A DNA stretch of 43,224 nucleotides, taken from the NCBI GenBank assembly GCA_016206805.1, contig JACQQX010000041.1, positions 1 to 43,224 on the forward strand, written 5' to 3'. The notes beneath the pieces are model-generated. The model did not search any database, was not told the DNA's origin, and saw only the letters and a program-made list of their open reading frames with translations. Numbering within the stretch: the first letter of the stretch is position 1; the number at the start of each line of letters is the position of its first letter. Source of the DNA: Candidatus Omnitrophota bacterium. GTDB lineage: Bacteria > Omnitrophota > Gorgyraeia > 2-02-FULL-51-18. A program made the translations under genes and the position numbers. Below, one piece after another: positions 1 to 9,412 of the stretch.

Positions 1-49
1 GGTCAGACCCCTGTGGATAACATAGGGTTATCCACAGGGGTCTGACCCC
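1..49. repeat. GGGGTCAGACCCC-type palindrome containing inverted DnaA-box 9-mers
   Basis: ggtcagacccc-TGTGGATAA-cataggg-TTATCCACA-ggggtctgacc; near-identical copy at 21743-21793. Confidence 0.85.
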
Positions 50-569
50 CTTTGGTGGAACGCGGCTGGAGGAGCTCGGTCATGTTGAGCTTCATCTGGT
101 CGCGATTATAGGCGGCGATGTCGAGGATCTGGGTGTCCATGCGGATCGCGTCTTCGGGGCAGACTTCAACGCAGTAACCGCAGTAAACGCACATGCCCAA
201 GTCCAGGTCGAAAGAAGCCGGCGCTTTTTCAATATGAGGATCCGGATGATCGCGGGCGATGATATTGATGCAGCGCGCCGGACAAACGGTTTCGCACATC
301 ATGCAGGCCACACAGCGCGGAGAACCATCTTCCCTTTGGGTCAGGCGGTGACGGGTGCGCGTCCGCTTGGCCAGGGGCCTTGGATCTTCCGGATACTGAT
401 AGGTTACGGCCGCGCGAATATGCCGGAAAAGGCCGAGACTGTGCAGGAAATGAAAAAAGAGATTGCGGAAAAAATGCTTCGAGGTGATCCAAAGCCCCAG
501 AAAAACGGATGGCAGATAAGTTTTATCCAGCCAGTTTAAGTTTTTCCGGTTCACAACAATTGTCGACAT
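3..569 (-). CDS. nuoI: NADH-quinone oxidoreductase subunit I
   Basis: Two ferredoxin motifs (CVACMMCETVCP, CVYCGYCVEVCPEDAI), TYQYPE motif, follows nuoH; C-terminal tail is encoded by a palindromic repeat. Confidence 0.95.
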   Translation of the reverse strand: MSTIVVNRKNLNWLDKTYLPSVFLGLWITSKHFFRNLFFHFLHSLGLFRHIRAAVTYQYPEDPRPLAKRTRTRHRLTQREDGSPRCVACMMCETVCPARCINIIARDHPDPHIEKAPASFDLDLGMCVYCGYCVEVCPEDAIRMDTQILDIAAYNRDQMKLNMTELLQPRSTKGGQTPVDNPMLSTGV

Positions 570-600
570 TTAATCCTCTTTGTCATCCCGAACTCTCTTT

Positions 601-677
601 TGTCATTCCGAGCGAAGCCGAGGAATCAACTTGATCCCTCGCGGGGTTTATCCCCTAAAAGGGGACTCGGGATGACA
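601..677. repeat. REP/MITE-like palindrome, TGTCATTCCGAG...CTCGGGATGACA family
   Basis: Terminal inverted repeats with internal GAGGAATC/GATCCCTC and CCCCT..AGGGG stems; copies at 1803, 6848, 8398, 21373. Confidence 0.9.
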
Positions 678-683
678 GGTTTT

Positions 684-1787
684 CTAACTTTTCATTACTA
701 CCCATATACTCGTGATAAGGACATTTACCAACGATGCTGGAAATAATATCTTCCATCCTAGGTGCATCAGCTGGTCATATCGAAAACGGGGCAGCGTCCA
801 GCGAATCGCCATAAAAAGCCAGTTAAAAAAAGCGACCTTGAGCATAAAAGCCAGAACGCCGAGGGTTACGACTACTCCTCGCGACAAAAGCCACACATCC
901 CCCGATGGCCAATGAAAACCGTCCGCCAAAAGATACGGCACCTGCCATCCGCCGAAGAAAAAAGTAGTCATCAAACAGGCCACCAGCACCGTTTCCACAA
1001 GATCCGTGAGAAAAAACATGCCAAACTTCATTCCGCTATATTCCACAAAATACCCGATGATTTCCGATTCCCCTTCCGGCAAATCAAACGGCACGCGCTT
1101 GGTTTCAGCGAGAGCGGCCGTCAAAAAAAGAAAAAAAGCCAGGGGCTGCACGGCAAATCCCCAGACATTGGCCTGTTGACGGACGATTTCCTGCAAACTC
1201 AGCGTTCCGTAAGTCAGCACAATGCCCATGATGGAAATCCCCATGGTGATTTCATAAGACAGCATTTGGGAGGCCGCGCGCATGCCGCCGAGGTAGGCAT
1301 AATTGTTATTGGACGCGAAACCGGCCAGAATCACGCCATAAACGCCGAGCCCCATCATGGCAAAAACAAAAAGAATACCGGCGTTGACGTCGGCAATTTG
1401 CAGATGGATAACCCTTCCCCCGATGGCGATCGAGTCCCCAAAAGGGATGGCCGCAAAAGCCATCAGCGCGAACACCACCGAAAGTGCCGGAGCCAGCGTG
1501 TGCAGAAACTTGTCCGCGCCCCTGGGCATAAAATCTTCTTTCAGAAACATCTTCATCGCGTCCGCAAGGGAATGAAAAAGACCCAGCGCATTCAACGGGT
1601 GTAAAAGCCAGTTGACGGGCGCAAGCCATGGGGACTTGAATTTGATCCACGCGCGGTTAGCGCCGATTCGGTCTTGCATGACAGCGCTTTGCTTGCGCTC
1701 CACCCAAGTCAGCAGTCCCGCCAAATTCAACACCGCCCCCAGGAAAAGGATTGCAAGAATACTTTTTGTAAGGAAATCAATAAACAT
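684..1787 (-). CDS. nuoH: NADH-quinone oxidoreductase subunit H
   Basis: ERKQSAVMQDRIG, LADAMKMFLKED, AETKRVPFDLPEGESE, PRFRYDQLM; start placed at 1787 because the ATG at 1808 lies inside a repeat. Confidence 0.95.
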   Translation of the reverse strand: MFIDFLTKSILAILFLGAVLNLAGLLTWVERKQSAVMQDRIGANRAWIKFKSPWLAPVNWLLHPLNALGLFHSLADAMKMFLKEDFMPRGADKFLHTLAPALSVVFALMAFAAIPFGDSIAIGGRVIHLQIADVNAGILFVFAMMGLGVYGVILAGFASNNNYAYLGGMRAASQMLSYEITMGISIMGIVLTYGTLSLQEIVRQQANVWGFAVQPLAFFLFLTAALAETKRVPFDLPEGESEIIGYFVEYSGMKFGMFFLTDLVETVLVACLMTTFFFGGWQVPYLLADGFHWPSGDVWLLSRGVVVTLGVLAFMLKVAFFNWLFMAIRWTLPRFRYDQLMHLGWKILFPASLVNVLITSIWVVMKS

Positions 1788-1802
1788 ATTGGCCCCGTGA
1801 CT

Positions 1803-1892
1803 TGTCATTCCGAGCGAGCGAAGCGAGTCGAGGAATCAACTTAACTTGATCCCTCGACGGAGTTTATCCCCTTTAGGGGACTCGGGATGACA
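1803..1892. repeat. REP/MITE-like palindrome (TGTCAT family) overlapping the nuoG 3' end
   Basis: tgtcattccgagc...ctcgggatgaca; encodes the NuoG tail VIPSPLKGINSVEGSS and the stop codon. Confidence 0.9.
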
Positions 1893-3457
1893 GTGTTTTT
1901 GTTCCACATCTTTCCTTGAGCGCTGATTGCTTTATAAGTCAGTCCACGAAAAACCTCATCGTCCTTGGCTAAGTCATTAAAAATAAATTCTGGGCGGGTG
2001 TAGCTAAGGGGCAACCCCAGAAGTCCAGCCAACTCCAGCAGAATCTCCCAGGTCGGCTTGGAAGGAACCATCGGCTCCAAAGCTTTTCGGATGCGCTGAA
2101 CACGGCCTTCAAAATTGGTGAATGTCCCGTCCTTTTCGGCATACGAGGCAGCCGGTAAACCGATGTTGGCGACGGCGGAAATCGCATTTTGATTGGGCCC
2201 TTCAAAAATAATGGTTTTCACATTTTTCCGGATGACTTCCAGCGTTTCATTGCCAAAAATCTTGGCCAGATCATGCGAGAAAACAAAAAGACCGTCCAGT
2301 CCCCCGCGCTTGGCTCTTTCAATAATAGCCGTCATGTCACCGCCATCGGCCAAACCCAAGATCTGCGACGCGCCGGAGGTATTGGGATTTTTATCGGCCT
2401 TCAGCAGGAAATTATCCGCATAACCCTCCTGGCCGGGAGCCTTAAAAGCGATCTGCTGCCACTTGAGCGCGTCTTTGAAAATGCGCTTCACCAGATACAA
2501 CTCCTCATTGGTGTTTTGAGGAGAAGCCAGTACCGCCCAACGCTCAGGTACGGCCGCGGAAAGATGCGTCACAACTTTTTCAAAAGTGGTTTTCCAATCC
2601 GTCACGGGCCTGAAACGATTTTCATCGATGGACTTGTAGCCATAGCGTCCCTCGTCGCACATCCACCACTGGTTGACCGCCTGATTCTCCCTGGGTTTTA
2701 AGCGCATGACCCGCGATTCTTTCAAATGATAAGGGCGGGATTTTTCATAATGGATTTCGATATTGCAGCCGCGGGAACACCCCGGACAAACCGATGACTG
2801 GGAGCCCAGATACCACACGCGCATTTTGAAACGAAAATCCCTGTCGGTTAAAGCGCCTACCGGGCAGATATCCACCACATTGCCCGCGTACTTGCCTTCC
2901 CAAGTTTTGCCCGGATAAACATCCAGCTCCGAATGATCGCCGCGGTTAAACACGCCGAACTCATGGGTTTGGGTGACTTCATCGGCATAGCGCACGCAGC
3001 GCGTGCACAGAATGCAGCGCTCCTGGTCCAGCATCACGTTGGGGCCGATCGGAAAAGCCTTTTTGGTTTTTTTGACTTTCATGTCGTCAAACATGGGATC
3101 GTACAGGCCGACTTCCATGTAATAATCCTGAAGTTTGCACTCGCCCGACTGGTCGCAAACAGGGCAATCCAGCGGATGGTTGGCCAAAAGAAACTCGAGG
3201 ACGACCCGCTGAGACTCTTTGGCTTTGGAGGACTGCGTGTGAATCACCATGCCTTCGGCCACGCGCGTATTGCAGGCAATCACCGTGCGAGGCATCTTCT
3301 CCACTTCCACCTGGCAGATGCGGCAATTGCCGGCGATGGAAAGACCGGGATGGTAACAATAACGCGGCAGAGGAATCCGCGCCTGATCAATGGCCTCAAT
3401 AATCGTAATGCCGTCTTTTACGGTATAAGGCTTTCCGTCAATGGTAATGTTGGCCAT
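1841..3457 (-). CDS. nuoG: NADH-quinone oxidoreductase subunit G (short form, ~538 aa)
   Basis: CYHPGLSIAGNCRIC, HPLDCPVCDQSGEC, CILCTRC...ICPVGAL, CPGCSRGC...C, AEKDGTFTNFEGRVQ. Confidence 0.93.
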   Translation of the reverse strand: MANITIDGKPYTVKDGITIIEAIDQARIPLPRYCYHPGLSIAGNCRICQVEVEKMPRTVIACNTRVAEGMVIHTQSSKAKESQRVVLEFLLANHPLDCPVCDQSGECKLQDYYMEVGLYDPMFDDMKVKKTKKAFPIGPNVMLDQERCILCTRCVRYADEVTQTHEFGVFNRGDHSELDVYPGKTWEGKYAGNVVDICPVGALTDRDFRFKMRVWYLGSQSSVCPGCSRGCNIEIHYEKSRPYHLKESRVMRLKPRENQAVNQWWMCDEGRYGYKSIDENRFRPVTDWKTTFEKVVTHLSAAVPERWAVLASPQNTNEELYLVKRIFKDALKWQQIAFKAPGQEGYADNFLLKADKNPNTSGASQILGLADGGDMTAIIERAKRGGLDGLFVFSHDLAKIFGNETLEVIRKNVKTIIFEGPNQNAISAVANIGLPAASYAEKDGTFTNFEGRVQRIRKALEPMVPSKPTWEILLELAGLLGLPLSYTRPEFIFNDLAKDDEVFRGLTYKAISAQGKMWNKNTVIPSPLKGINSVEGSS

Positions 3458-3461
3458 GTTC

Positions 3462-3570
3462 AATGAAAAATGTAGAATGAAAAATGTAAAAAACGGAGTC
3501 CCTTCGGGACTTCTATAAAGGTCGCGTCAGCGACACCTTATTTTACATTTTGCATTTCTAATTTTACATT
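3462..3570. repeat. AT-rich 7-mer-based inverted repeat around the nuoF/nuoG junction
   Basis: aatgaaaaatgtagaatgaaaaatgtaaaa versus ttttacattttgcatttctaattttacatt, with small hairpins (agtcccttcgggact; gtcgcgtcagcgac) between. Confidence 0.6.
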
Positions 3571-4812
3571 CCTCCCTATGTATTCTTCAAATTCACTTCT
3601 AAACTTGGTGATATAACTCTGAATCGGCCATGCGGCCGCGTCGGCGAAAACGCAAATGGTGCGGCCTTCCATGTTGGAAGCGATTTTAAGAAGCGTGTCC
3701 AAATCCTTCACGCTCCCCTGGCCCTCATAAATCCGCTTCACGATTTTAAACGCCCAGCCGGTGCCTTCGCGGCAGGGCGAGCACTGCCCGCAGGACTCAT
3801 GCGCGAAAAATTTACAGGCGAGGTAAAGGGCCCCCACCATGCAGGTGGTGTCGTCCATCACGATGACGCCAGCCGAGCCCAGCATCGTGCCGGCGGCCTT
3901 CAAGCCGTCATAGTCCATTTTGACGTCGATTTCATTCGCCGTTAAAATCTTGGCGGAAATTCCCCCGGGGATCACCGCCTTCAACTTCCGGCCGTCCCGC
4001 AAACCGCCGGCATGCTTTTCAATGATCTCCCGCAGCAATGTCCCCATCGGAAGCTCGTAAACCCCCGGCTTTTTCACGTGCCCGGAAACGCTGAATAAAT
4101 GCGTCCCGCCATTGCCTGGTGAACCGAGTTTAGAAAACCACTCGGCGCCATTTTTCAAAATAGGCGGCACGCAGGCCAGCGTCTCGACGTTGTTGATAAT
4201 CGTCGGGCAACCAAAAAGCCCGACAATGGCCGGAAAAGGCGGTTTCAGGCGCGGAAAACCTTTCCCGCCTTCCAGAGAATTCAAAAGCGCGGTCTCTTCT
4301 CCGCAAATATAAGCGCCGGCGCCCCGATGGACCACAAGGTCCAAATCCCAGCCGGATCCAAAAATATTTTTGCCGAGAAAGTTTTTGGCGTAAGCTTCAT
4401 CAACGGCTGATTGAAGGCGGCGAAAAGGCTCAACGTATTCTCCGCGGATATAAATATAGGCTTTGTGGGACCGGATCGCGAAAGCGCTGATAATGATTCC
4501 CTCGATCATCTGGTGCGGATCGCGTTCCAGAATATAACGGTCCTTAAAAGTGCCCGGCTCGCCCTCGTCGGCATTCACGACGAGGTAAATGGGTTTAGTG
4601 GTTTCTTTCGGCAAAAATTGCCATTTCTTTCCCGTAGGAAATCCGGCACCGCCCAAGCCACGCAGATTCGCCGCGGTCACGACCTGCGTGATTTCATCCG
4701 GCTTCATGGACGTAAGCGTTTTGCGCGCCGTCTCGTAAGCCCCGCGTGATTCGGCGACTGAGAGTTTCCAGGCATTTGGAACATTGAAGTTACGTGATAG
4801 AATGGGTTCCAA
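3538..4812 (-). CDS. nuoF: NADH-quinone oxidoreductase subunit F
   Basis: LRGLGGAGFPTGKKW, NADEGEPGTFKDR, GAGAYICGEETALL, ESCGQCSPCREG, ICVFADAAAWP. Confidence 0.96.
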   Translation of the reverse strand: MEPILSRNFNVPNAWKLSVAESRGAYETARKTLTSMKPDEITQVVTAANLRGLGGAGFPTGKKWQFLPKETTKPIYLVVNADEGEPGTFKDRYILERDPHQMIEGIIISAFAIRSHKAYIYIRGEYVEPFRRLQSAVDEAYAKNFLGKNIFGSGWDLDLVVHRGAGAYICGEETALLNSLEGGKGFPRLKPPFPAIVGLFGCPTIINNVETLACVPPILKNGAEWFSKLGSPGNGGTHLFSVSGHVKKPGVYELPMGTLLREIIEKHAGGLRDGRKLKAVIPGGISAKILTANEIDVKMDYDGLKAAGTMLGSAGVIVMDDTTCMVGALYLACKFFAHESCGQCSPCREGTGWAFKIVKRIYEGQGSVKDLDTLLKIASNMEGRTICVFADAAAWPIQSYITKFRSEFEEYIGRNVKLEMQNVK

Positions 4813-4829
4813 GAATTTTCCTTATTCTG

Positions 4830-5330
4830 TCAAGATTTCTCGGCCGCCTGCGGCGACCTCGAAATGACATCGATTATTTCATCCACTTTTTTTTCCGTCA
4901 AATCTCCGTGATACTCGTCCCCCACCTGCATCATCGGCGCCATCTCACAAGCGCAGAGACATTCGGCTTCTTCGAGAGAAAATTTGCCGTCCGCGGAGAC
5001 ACCGCCGTTATCGATACCAATTTTTTTCTTCAAATGATTTAAAATTTTGTCGCCGCCGAGCAGGGCGCAAGTGGTGGTCGTGCAAAAACGGATGTGATGG
5101 CGTCCCGCGGGTTTTTTGTGGTACATCGAATAAAACATCACCACTTCCCGCACATGCACTACGGGAATTTCCGTCCACTTGGAAACCCAGGCCTCAACCT
5201 CTGGCGTCACATAACCCACCTTGTCCTGGGCCAGATGCAGGAGAGGAAGCGTCGCCGCTTTTTTCTGATCGTACTTAGAAAGGATCCGTTCCGCTTCAGC
5301 ATCTAGACTTTTCAAAAGAAACTCGCTCAT
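4830..5330 (-). CDS. nuoE: NADH-quinone oxidoreductase subunit E
   Basis: LPLLHLAQ, CTTTTC and ECLCAC..APMMQV 2Fe-2S ligands. Confidence 0.93.
   Translation of the reverse strand: MSEFLLKSLDAEAERILSKYDQKKAATLPLLHLAQDKVGYVTPEVEAWVSKWTEIPVVHVREVVMFYSMYHKKPAGRHHIRFCTTTTCALLGGDKILNHLKKKIGIDNGGVSADGKFSLEEAECLCACEMAPMMQVGDEYHGDLTEKKVDEIIDVISRSPQAAEKS
4833..4869. repeat. Half copy of the TGTCATTTCG...GAGAAATCT palindrome in the nuoE 3' end
   Basis: agatttctcggccgcctgcggcgacctcgaaatgaca matches the right half of 22731-22809. Confidence 0.75.
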
Positions 5331-5339
5331 AGATTGATT

Positions 5340-5475
5340 AAATCCGAAGCACGAAACACGAAATTCGAAACAAATTCTAATTTTTCAAATTTCAATGCTC
5401 TAAACGTCTTGTTTGATATTTGTGTCATTTTAATTTTGAATTTGTTTCGTGCTTCGAGTTTCGGATTTCGTGCTT
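5340..5475 (-). repeat. ~136 bp heptamer-based (GCACGAA/ATCCGAA) inverted-repeat element directly after nuoD
   Basis: Reverse complement aligns to 25593-25728 with about 12 mismatches. Confidence 0.9.
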
Positions 5476-5479
5476 ATCA

Positions 5480-6853
5480 TTATCTGTCCAGTTCTCCCCC
5501 GATCATATTCACCGATCCAAAAGTGGGAACGATATCCGCCACCATTTCACCCACCACCATTTTGTGCAAAGCCGACATGATGGCAAAACAGGGCGGGCGC
5601 ACCCGCACGCGATAGGGCCGGTCTGAGCCATCGCTGACCACATAAAAACCCAGTTCTCCATTGGCGCCTTCCACCGGAAAATAAGCTTCTCCTTTGGGCG
5701 GCCTCAAACCATGGCCGTGCATCACCAGTTTAAAGTGGTTCATCAACCCCTCGATATTGCCATAAGTGTCTTCTTTGGCCGGCAAGGACACGCGCTTGTC
5801 ATCCGAATAGACATCGTCATGATACCGCTTGGTGGTTCCTTCGAGCGTGGGATCCAAATCCACTTCGACTGTTTTAAAATCACCGGTTTGACCCATCTTG
5901 GCCTGGTCCACCATTTCAGCCGCCGTCAGCACTCGGCCAAAATCCCCAGCTGAGATTTCTCCCTTGGGAAGATCCCTCAAAGCCTGCTCGGTGATGCGAA
6001 TGCTCTGATGCATCTCCTCCATGCGCACATAATAACGGTCCAGATTGTCTCCATGTTCGCCAATGGGAATATCAAAATCCAGCCGGTCGTAAACCAAATA
6101 AGGCTGCGCTTTGCGCACATCATAATCCACGCCCGTTGATCGTAAAAACGGGCCCGTCACTCCATAAGCCAACGCGTCCTGCTGGGAAATAACACCGATG
6201 TCTTTCAGGCGATCGACAAAAATGCGGTTTTTATTGAGCAGCGCCTCGACTTCCTTCAAAATTTTATAGGTTTCTTTAAGCGCTTTGCGGCATTTCTCTT
6301 CAAAACCCTCCGGCAGATCGGATTTGAGGCCTCCCACGCGCGCGTAGGAAATCGTCAGGCGCGCTCCTGTCACCTCTTCCAAAATTTCATACAAATATTC
6401 GCGGGCCTTGATCATGTACAGGAAAACGGTGAAAGCGCCCAACTCCATCGCCGAAGCGCCGATGCAGGTCAAGTGGTCGGTGACGCGCGAAATCTCACTC
6501 ATGATCACACGGATATACTGCGCGCGCTCGGGGGCCTTCACGCCCAACAGTTTCTCGACGGCCAGGCAATAGCCGATGTTATTGATGAGCGGCGAGACGT
6601 AATTGAGACGGTCGGTGTAAGGAATCGCGTTATTGTAGGGGCCTTGTTCGCACATTTTTTCGAACGCGCGATGCAGGTAGCCGATTTCCACATCGGCGGA
6701 AGTGACGGTTTCGCCTTCCAACTCGACCGTGATATGCACGATGCCGTGCATGGCCGGGTGTTGGGGGCCGACATTCAAAAGCATGGAACGCTTTTCTTTC
6801 AAACTCAAAACAACAATCTCCTGATCATCCCGATCCCCGTTTCTCCTGGTCAT
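5480..6853 (-). CDS. nuoD: NADH-quinone oxidoreductase subunit D
   Basis: LNVGPQHPAMHG, GYLHRAFEK, DRLNYV, GVTGPFLRSTG, EGANGELG, GGELDR; start uncertain (6853 lies in a repeat, alternative 6784). Confidence 0.95.
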   Translation of the reverse strand: MTRRNGDRDDQEIVVLSLKEKRSMLLNVGPQHPAMHGIVHITVELEGETVTSADVEIGYLHRAFEKMCEQGPYNNAIPYTDRLNYVSPLINNIGYCLAVEKLLGVKAPERAQYIRVIMSEISRVTDHLTCIGASAMELGAFTVFLYMIKAREYLYEILEEVTGARLTISYARVGGLKSDLPEGFEEKCRKALKETYKILKEVEALLNKNRIFVDRLKDIGVISQQDALAYGVTGPFLRSTGVDYDVRKAQPYLVYDRLDFDIPIGEHGDNLDRYYVRMEEMHQSIRITEQALRDLPKGEISAGDFGRVLTAAEMVDQAKMGQTGDFKTVEVDLDPTLEGTTKRYHDDVYSDDKRVSLPAKEDTYGNIEGLMNHFKLVMHGHGLRPPKGEAYFPVEGANGELGFYVVSDGSDRPYRVRVRPPCFAIMSALHKMVVGEMVADIVPTFGSVNMIGGELDR

Positions 6854-6916
6854 CCCGATCGAGTCGAAAACGAGTCGAGGGATCGAGTTGATTCCTCGGC
6901 AGAGCTCGGAATGACT
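6848..6916. repeat. REP/MITE-like palindrome (TGTCAT family)
   Basis: gtcatcccga...gagggatc..gattcctc...tcggaatgac between the TPR gene stop and the nuoD start. Confidence 0.85.
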
Positions 6917-7907
6917 ACTCGTTGGAGCGGGTGATTTGCCTTAAAATAGCTTCTTTCAGTCTTGGGTCGTCCGTCAAAGACATCGCCTTGGTGTAATACT
7001 CGGCGGCCTTCGACAACTGCCTTTCTTTCTCATAAGCCAGCGCCAGACTCAAACAGGCTTTGTAGAAATTCGCGTCCAGCGAAACGCTTTTTTCAAAAGC
7101 CTGAACCGCCTGGGCCGTTTGGCCTTCTTCCGTATACGCGTGTCCCAGGTCATACCAGGCCAGCGCGTCCTCCGGCGCGATTTCCACCGCGCGCCTCATA
7201 TACTCGATGGCCTTTTTGTTCTCGCCCATTTCCTGAATTACATAGGCGATATTCGAGTACGCGAAAATATTGTTAGGGTCGGCCGAGATGGCTTTTTCAT
7301 AAGCCTCCCGGGCCTCTTTCAAATCCGATTGCCGGCTATAAAGATTGCCGATCGAAAGCCAGATGTCGGTATTTTTGCGATCGCCGGCGGCGCCTTTTTT
7401 GTAAGCGGCTAGGGCCTTCACCGTCTCTCCGGCCCCTTCGAGCGCCAGACCCAGCGTGTGATGGGCCTTGGCATTGCCAGGCGTCAACCCAACCGCCTTG
7501 CGCGCGAACGTAACGGCGTTATCGTAATCTTCCTTCTCAAGGTAAACAAGAGAAAGATTGATAAAAGCCTCGGCGTTTTTGGCATCCAACTCGCCCGCCT
7601 TTTTCAAGGCTTCCAGCGACTGGTCCCACTTCTCTTCTTCGGCATAATTAACGCCCAAACTCAAAAAAGCGTCGGCATTCGCCGGGTCCTCCTGCACCGC
7701 CTTTTCATAGAGCTCGGTGGACCGCTTCAGGTGGCCGCGCTGATACGCCAGGTCCGCTTCCTGCAAAAACCCCGAGCGTTTCCCGTCGGCGGCGAAAGAA
7801 TTCAGACAGTAGTTAGAAGTTAGAAGACAGCTGACGGCGAAAAAAAAGGAAATAAGTCTTTTCCCTGACTGCTGACTACTGACTACTGAATACTGATCAT
7901 CGTTCAA
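6915..7907 (-). CDS. Tetratricopeptide-repeat protein, possibly exported
   Basis: About 8 TPR units (e.g. ADAFLSLGVNY, AKAHHTLGLAL, ALAWYDLGHAY), hydrophobic N-terminus, ATGA overlap with nuoC. Confidence 0.88.
   Translation of the reverse strand: MNDDQYSVVSSQQSGKRLISFFFAVSCLLTSNYCLNSFAADGKRSGFLQEADLAYQRGHLKRSTELYEKAVQEDPANADAFLSLGVNYAEEEKWDQSLEALKKAGELDAKNAEAFINLSLVYLEKEDYDNAVTFARKAVGLTPGNAKAHHTLGLALEGAGETVKALAAYKKGAAGDRKNTDIWLSIGNLYSRQSDLKEAREAYEKAISADPNNIFAYSNIAYVIQEMGENKKAIEYMRRAVEIAPEDALAWYDLGHAYTEEGQTAQAVQAFEKSVSLDANFYKACLSLALAYEKERQLSKAAEYYTKAMSLTDDPRLKEAILRQITRSNE
7807..7896. repeat. CTGACTA heptamer array with a degenerate inverted partner in the TPR gene 5' end
   Basis: ctgactg ctgacta ctgacta ctgaata ctga at 7865-7896; cagtagttagaagttagaagacag at 7807-7830. 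Confidence 0.65.
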
Positions 7908-8389
7908 TGCATCGGCCCAATCAACGGTTGTCGTTTATTATACGGATAATCTTTCCTCAGAGGGTGCCCTTTAAACTCCTCATACATCAAAATCCGCTTC
8001 AGATTGGGGTGGCCGTTGAAACGGATGCCGAACATGTCCCACACTTCCCGCTCAAACCAGTTCGCCGCCGGCCAGACATCAGTGACCGAATCCAGGGCCG
8101 CGTCCGTCTCCTTTACCGGCACTTTCACGAACAAACGGTGTTTTTTGGAAATGGAATAAATGTTATAAACCACTTCAAAACGCTTTTCTTTTTCCTCCCA
8201 GAATAAATAATCCACTCCAAAAAGGTCCATCAGCACATTGAACTGGAAATCAACATCATCGCGAAGAGCCGTCATGAGATTTTTAATCGTTTCCTTTTTG
8301 GCGACAATCGTCGGGTCGCCGCCGGCAATCGCCGTCGCCTCAAGAACCATTGAGGAATATTTTTGCTTAATCTTCTCGGCTAAATTCAT
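7904..8389 (-). CDS. nuoC: NADH-quinone oxidoreductase subunit C
   Basis: RFEVVYN, WPAANWFEREVWDMFGIRFNGHPNLKRILM, GHPLRKDYP. Confidence 0.96.
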   Translation of the reverse strand: MNLAEKIKQKYSSMVLEATAIAGGDPTIVAKKETIKNLMTALRDDVDFQFNVLMDLFGVDYLFWEEKEKRFEVVYNIYSISKKHRLFVKVPVKETDAALDSVTDVWPAANWFEREVWDMFGIRFNGHPNLKRILMYEEFKGHPLRKDYPYNKRQPLIGPMH

Positions 8390-8397
8390 AAAACAAT

Positions 8398-8489
8398 TGT
8401 CATTCCGAGCGCAGGCGCTTGCGCCGAAGTCGAGGAATCAAGCTGATCCCTCGCGGAGTTTATCCCCTGAAAGGGGACTCGGGATGACA
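8398..8489. repeat. REP/MITE-like palindrome (TGTCAT family)
   Basis: tgtcattccgagcgcaggcgcttgcgccg...ctcgggatgaca between nuoB and nuoC. Confidence 0.9.
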
Positions 8490-8491
8490 TC

Positions 8492-8980
8492 TTAGACCTC
8501 CTGCTTCTGGTTTTGAATCTTATCCTGCAATTTCATCAGTCCATCCAGCACATTTTCCGGCCTTGGCGGGCATCCGGGGATGTACACATCCACGGGAATG
8601 ATGTGGTCGATGCCCATGACCGTCGCGTAATTGTCATAAAAACCGCCGGTGCAGGTGCAAACGCCGAAAGCCACCACCCACTTGGGTTCGCACATCTGGT
8701 CATAGATTTTTTTCAAAACGGGGGCCATCTTTTGGCTGATCGTGCCGACGACAAAAAGAACATCCGCTTGGCGCGGTGAAAAACGCGGGAAACCGGCGCC
8801 GAAACGATCCACGTCATAATGCGCGCAGGCGGTGGCCATGTACTCCATGCCGCAGCAGGCCGTGACGAAGGGGTATTGGAAAATGGAGAACTTGCGCGCC
8901 CAGCCAATGGCATCGTTGAGCTTTGTGGTCATAAAACCAAACTTTTCGAGATTAACGCCGCCTTCCGCTACCGCTCCCAT
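8492..8980 (-). CDS. nuoB: NADH-quinone oxidoreductase subunit B
   Basis: [41 protein letters not shown]; start moved to ATG 8980, which overlaps the nuoA end. Confidence 0.95.
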   Translation of the reverse strand: MGAVAEGGVNLEKFGFMTTKLNDAIGWARKFSIFQYPFVTACCGMEYMATACAHYDVDRFGAGFPRFSPRQADVLFVVGTISQKMAPVLKKIYDQMCEPKWVVAFGVCTCTGGFYDNYATVMGIDHIIPVDVYIPGCPPRPENVLDGLMKLQDKIQNQKQEV

Positions 8981-9336
8981 TCCAAAGCTCCTTTTTTCCA
9001 GGCATAAACAAATCCCAGCGCCAACAGCGCCAAAAATGAAAACATCACGGTGATCCCTGCCCATTTCAAGTCTTTCAGAATGACCGCCCAGGGGAAAAGC
9101 CATACGATTTCCACGTCAAAAAGGATAAAAAGCATGGCCACCAGGTAAAATTTGACGGAAAGCCGCCCGCCAACCGGCGCGGCCTGGGATAAACCGCATT
9201 CAAAGGGTTCGGACTTCTCAACCGACTGCTTGTTTTTCGGTCCGAGAATCTTATTGAGAAAAAGAATGGCCCCCGCGATGCCCGTCGCAATCAAAAAAGT
9301 GACCAGCACGCCAAGGTATTCCGTGGACTGCTCCAT
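8968..9336 (-). CDS. nuoA: NADH-quinone oxidoreductase subunit A
   Basis: KSEPFECG, FYLVAMLFILFDVE, AWKKGALEW; start ATG 9336. Confidence 0.95.
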   Translation of the reverse strand: MEQSTEYLGVLVTFLIATGIAGAILFLNKILGPKNKQSVEKSEPFECGLSQAAPVGGRLSVKFYLVAMLFILFDVEIVWLFPWAVILKDLKWAGITVMFSFLALLALGFVYAWKKGALEWER

Positions 9337-9342
9337 GGGCTC

Positions 9343-9372
9343 ATTATAACCAGATAAAGGGCCGCGTGACAA
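9343..9372 (-). promoter_or_regulatory. Sigma70 promoter of nuo operon 1, probably leaderless
   Basis: TTGTCA-18 nt-TATAAT, 6 nt before the nuoA ATG; no SD. Confidence 0.6.
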
Positions 9373-9412
9373 GCGTGACGCTATATGTGGTGGGCATAAC
9401 CAGCGGCTCCCT

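Noticed and set aside
1-49. oriC suggested by DnaA boxes
   Set aside because: Only two boxes, inside a coding region and a dispersed repeat; no AT-rich DUE or dnaA/dnaN nearby
5334-5626. Plus-strand ORFs 5334-5615 and 5420-5626
   Set aside because: Translations of the heptamer repeat plus antisense of nuoD
8981-9103. N-terminal extension of NuoB in the ORF track
   Set aside because: Overlaps nuoA in another frame; homology starts near ATG 8980
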